A program made the position numbers and the translations under genes. The notes under the pieces were generated by a model. That model worked only from the letters and a program-made list of their open reading frames with translations, did no database searches and was not told the origin of the DNA. Shown in pieces: positions 59,323-64,000 of a stretch of 64,000 bases of DNA. Source of the stretch: Negaprion brevirostris (lineage: Eukaryota); NCBI GenBank assembly GCA_030324005.1, contig JARDVH010000124.1:22906085-22970084 (forward strand). The letters run 5' to 3'. Positions within the stretch are counted from its first letter, which is position 1; each line of letters opens with the position of its first letter.

Positions 59323-62300
59323 CAGTTTTAACCAACCAATACTCCTCCAACCCCACACCCAATAAAACAAAAAGTGGTTATGCAGTCATTCACTAACACT
59401 ATTTTTGGAATCTTGCTGTGTAAAAATTGAGGTTCTACACACTGGTTTCCATCTATATATACACAGTGTATGGGAGGTATTTCAGATAGTTTTGAAAATT
59501 AAATAAACATAAGTTTCAATGAATCATTCAAATTTTACAGTCAGCTTGAGTCAGAAACAAACATTACACTGGTGGAAATAAATACTGCAAAATACCAATT
59601 TTTAAAAAAAATAAAACTAGTATTGAATTTCAGCACCTGATTACGTTGTCTTAGGTTGGGTAACTTCAGTATCGTTGTCAGGGTTCCAAACTATGACAAA
59701 AGCATATTGATCTGGCAAATTTTTGCCTGAGGTTTCTCCCCATGCTTTTGGCACTGATGGGGGAAGGGGCCAAGTGCTATTAGAGCTACCATGTTCTCTC
59801 TAAAGAGAAAGGAACAAGAAGAAGCGCAAGGGTTTCAAGTTGTCAAAGTGACAGCAGCCATGGTTTTGGACCGCTGATGACTTCATTTTTGTTGTTGTTC
59901 AAATAAAAAAGCCAGAGGCTTGCTTGGCAAATCTAACTTTCTATGAAGAACTGATTACGTCCTATGAAACACCTCAAAATGTTTTCTTATAGTAAAAGCA
60001 TTATCTAACTATAAGCTCTTGTTGACAGTAGGAGTTCCAAATTGAATGTTTTTTCCAATGAGTACGTATATTTGTGTTTCTTCAAACACAAGACCAAGGA
60101 GGTGACAGGAACTGTCCCACCCTACTACACAACCTAACTTGACCAATTGTTATATAAAAACATTAAACTAATTCACTACAAATTAGTTCCACATGACAAT
60201 TATTAAAGAGGTCTCAAAATATTGAGGTTGTTTTTGTTTCAAATTATGCCAATTGATTGGATGATGAAGTGTACATTCATTGAATAATGAGGAAGAAGAA
60301 TCAATATTCAACAACATCATGGAGGACTTAAACTCTATGGGTGCTATTACAAAGGCCACACAGGCAGCTCTAGCGCAGAGCCTGAAATTCATAGCTTTCC
60401 AAATGTACTTGAAGCACAAAAATCTCAGAGAAACATATGAACTGTTAAAAAAAAAACTGCACACACAATATTCTTTAAGAAATAAATACTTTGGTACAAT
60501 TTTTGCACAAGATTAAGCCATGTTACTCAATGAATTAACTTGCATTGAGAGATAAATATATTTTTATATTTTTTTCATCATTACACAAAACATAAGCTAG
60601 TTAACATGTACACTTTTCTTATACATCAATATACACTGAGGTTAATTTAAAAGATTAGATGAGTTTATATTAACTTTTTTTTTTACAGTCATTGAGATTG
60701 CAGTAAAACTGACATCATGTAACATCCAGTTTAAGTTTCGACAGAAACTTGCATAAAATCCTATCATACTTTTGCAATTAGTGAATTAAACAGTCTAACT
60801 TTGGAACTACACCTGCATCACTATTGTTCTGATATAAAATGACTGAAAAATGCCACGCTCCAGTATTTAGAACATTATCACAAGCTTGGCCAGGGTCCTT
60901 TTCTAGCAGGAATGTCGATATACGGAGCCCTAGAAACAATAACCATTATTTCTAGACATAGTCTTTAACACATTCTGGCTTTCAAGCAAGTTCAAAGATT
61001 CTACACTTTTGTATGTGTAAGTGCGTGAAGTACACAAATTGATTATGGTTATAAGGGAAAATGTATTAGCATCTGATTGCACGTAATTACTGGTCTCTAT
61101 AGAAATAATCTTGTTCCTATAATTTTCAATTTAGATTTTGAGCTCAATAGCAAGTAATCATGCTTATATATTATATATAAGCCCTTGCTTAATGTTATCA
61201 TGTGCAAACAAACTCTGTTGCATCTCCCTATTACTCAGAAAACAAATAAAGCTCTTAAAGAGAAGAGAAAAACCTCATCCCACTGGACTGAAGCAACTAA
61301 GTTGCAATACAATAACGAGAGAATCCAAACCTGTACATTGTTTCCATTGCACATTAACTAATACTGCACTGAAGGGAAACTCTGTTGGGACATTTATTCG
61401 AAGTTCCTCATCAGGTTAGGAGGGTTCGTTAGAAGACGGTGTAAAAATATCAATGTGAATGGCTAGATTTTATTTCAAAAGCATGGACAGACTCATCTGA
61501 TAGGTTGCAACCAGTAACAATTTAATACAACTGAAAATGCTGAAATGCCAGAACTTAGTTGGCAAAGGAACGACAACAAAATATCTAAAGGTTTTATTTC
61601 ACTGACAATGCGAAGTTAGTTGGTAAAAAAGGGGGACATATTTAAAGAACATAATCTTACAGAATTTTTGAATTGCAAGCATCAATTGCATGAGTAGTGA
61701 AATGGTACAGTGACTCAAAAAGCATTTAACCAAATGGCATTAGTGGTCAAAGGACACGTAGAAAGTAACAGTGAGGATAATCACACTGTACAGGGGACTT
61801 CTTTTATTTTTTAAAAGTATATATAAATTGTTACCTATGTTTTACAGTTCAAAAAACACCTGAACTCAAGTTATGATCTATGCCAAAGATTTATAGCAAT
61901 CAGATCCCAACAGATATACAAGATAAAATATACTGCCTGTGATCCTACCACTTGTAAAAGGAGGGCAAAAANNNNNNNNNNNNNNNNNNNNNNNNNNNNN
62001 NNNNNNNNNNNNNNNNNNNNNNNNNNNNNNNNNNNNNNNNNNNNNNNNNNNNNNNNNNNNNNNNNNNNNNNTAATGCTGGTCAAAATTTAAAACATATTA
62101 AAGAAAAAAAGAAATCAAACATTCAGCACTGCTCCCATCGATGTCTGCTCATCATAACATCATTGTCATCGCTGCAACAGGCAACATTAGAAGATAAAGC
62201 CATGTATATTCAAGATTCCTTCCAAGACATTTCTCAGCTATAAGAGAATTAAAACGTGTTGCAAAAGTCAAGAAAAACCTCGATGCAAGGAACAATCTTA

Positions 62301-64000
62301 ATTAGTCATAGATGATGGTAAGAATTTTTTATTGATTTGTAACAAGATTAAATTTGGAAAAAGTACAGGCTGCAAAACCTACATAATGTTGTAACGATAG
62401 AATAAAATGAAGCTACATGATTAATTTACAAACAAAGCAAACAGGCAACAAAAATCACATTGTGTTTCTGCTTCACAAAAGCAACAGAGAAACCAAGCAC
62501 ATGAAAAAAAACTCACATTTCTGGCCAAGCAGCAGGAAATGGAGCAAACAACAGCTAATTACTACATACTAATTCCCTGTAAAACTCTCCAAATTGGACA
62601 CTGGTGTTTTAAAATAATTAAGTTTTGTGTTAGTACCATTATTCTATTTTGGGCTACTGCAACTCCAAACTCAATAGGCCACACACCTTGACATTCACTC
62701 CAGTTTACATCCTGCAGGTAACTACACATTGTAATAATAAATACTCTGGAATTTTTCATACAATGAAAGGAAGTCAGTACAGACAATTAATGTTAGCTGT
62801 GACTGCCCACAGTTCGAACAAGGCCTCTAAATGAACCTATTTTTCCTTCAAATTCCTGTATAGTAATTGAATCCTTAGCTGTTTTCTTAAGGATTGGAGT
62901 TACAAAAACATCCAGCCTTTCTAAATCCATTTGTACTGAATAAGTGCACAGAACAAGATAGGGCTGAAATTAGGAAAAGACAGACAAGAACCACACACAT
63001 GGAAAACTCAGGATTATAACAGAAGTACACCCGCTCCCCCCCACCACCCCCTCTTTGACAAACATGAATTTGAATCCCTCGTCCCTTTTCTTCTCATAGG
63101 TAGCTGGGGGGAGAGATTGTTCTAATTATTGTAACATTAACAGCAATTACAAGTACTACTCAAACACCTTTTGTTTCCTGTACAGCTTTTGCCAGCCTGA
63201 AATTCCTGTCCTAAGAATGCTCTCTCTGGAAGCTCTTTTCCCCTTCAGAAAGAAACATTAACAAGTTTCTGCCCATTTTATTCATGTCCCAGTGGCCCAA
63301 TTGAAATTTTAATGGAAATTTGTCCAGGCTTTTCTTTCCAGAAAGCCAGTGCAGCNNNNNNNNNNNNNNNNNNNNNNNNNNNNNNNNNNNNNNNNNNNNN
63401 NNNNNNNNNNNNNNNNNNNNNNNNNNNNNNNNNNNNNNNNNNNNNNNNNNNNNNNNNNNNNNNNNNNNNNNNNNNNNTTCCCCACCAGGCCTCTGCAACT
63501 ATCCAGGTGCCTATTCAACAGTTTGCACTGGGGTTCAATTTGAAAATTCCATGCATTTTCTTTGTCTGAACATTTCATTACTCTCCATTTAAAAACAACT
63601 CACGGGTTTCTCCACCACAGAACAACAGCAAACAAAAATGTATTTCACAGCCACAGTAATTTGTCTTTGTGGCAATTTTATTGCTGCTTTCTGGTACTTT
63701 AAACTCAGCAGGCCACTGTTGCATTAAACCCAGGTCACTGTCAAATTTATCTCCACTATTAATTGCCGCAGTTCACAAGTTGCAAGCCAATTTAATTCTG
63801 CAGTTTTGTTAAAAGTTACTCAGCTCTTTCAATGGCCTTAAAACCTGATCACTGGTCCACTCTAGATGAGGGCATTCAAGTCCACCTTCGAAAGCTCCAA
63901 AAATCACTGCAAAAACAAGAGATGTCTTGTATCCAAAGTATGAAATATTAGCCACCCATGTGGGTGTTTGCCATTTTGAAATGTGAAAATAAAATGACCA

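Larger units (their letters stand above)
58882..59430 (+). mobile_element. Old Deu-domain SINE interrupted by the Penelope-like insertion
   Basis: Head ggctcagcggctggcacc...cctctgaatc; gcagtgctgagggaatgct...tttagatgaagcattaagcc; after the insert, ggaatcttgctgtgtaaaaattg. Confidence 0.55.
8689..64000 (-). other. TCF7L2: TCF7L2 intron upstream of the YLQMKWP exon (more than 55 kb, continues beyond the window)
   Basis: I found no upstream TCF7L2 exon by eye (neither the alternative LHFQSGSTHYSAYKTIEHQIAVQ-type exon nor exons 1-3). This intron is also very large in other vertebrates. Confidence 0.8.

Noticed and set aside
60280-60516. Protein-looking ORF MNNEEEESIFNNIMEDL...
   Set aside because: Non-ATG start, antisense to the host gene, no recognisable domain or splice context.
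8689-64000. Search for the alternative TCF7L2 exon encoding LHFQSGSTHYSAYKTIEHQIAVQ
   Set aside because: Not found by eye; it probably lies beyond the window, in a gap, or is too diverged. TBLASTN would settle it.

Overview
Eukaryotic, AT-rich, CpG-depleted vertebrate DNA from a draft assembly with many 10-N and 100-N gaps. The repeat content (CR1, L2 and Rex1/Babar LINEs; V-domain/HE1-like and Deu-domain SINEs; Penelope-derived repeats) points to a cartilaginous fish, most likely a shark. The window lies inside the TCF7L2 gene on the minus strand. Only one coding exon is present: 8587-8688, 102 nt, phase 0/0, encoding [34 protein letters not shown], with canonical splice sites. The rest is intron filled with decayed retroelements and repeat-poor stretches that may hold conserved enhancers. 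Almost all listed ORFs are spurious or transposon fragments. The most notable observations are (i) a Penelope-type inverted-repeat insertion with a target-site duplication, carrying a minimal hammerhead-ribozyme motif on the pre-mRNA strand, (ii) a CRE/CCAAT/CCAAT/TATA promoter-like cluster downstream of the exon that could drive a truncated TCF7L2, and (iii) a hairpin made of inverted TCF/SOX motifs around an AP-1 site. Repeat boundaries are approximate, and family names come from recalled consensus sequences, not from searches.
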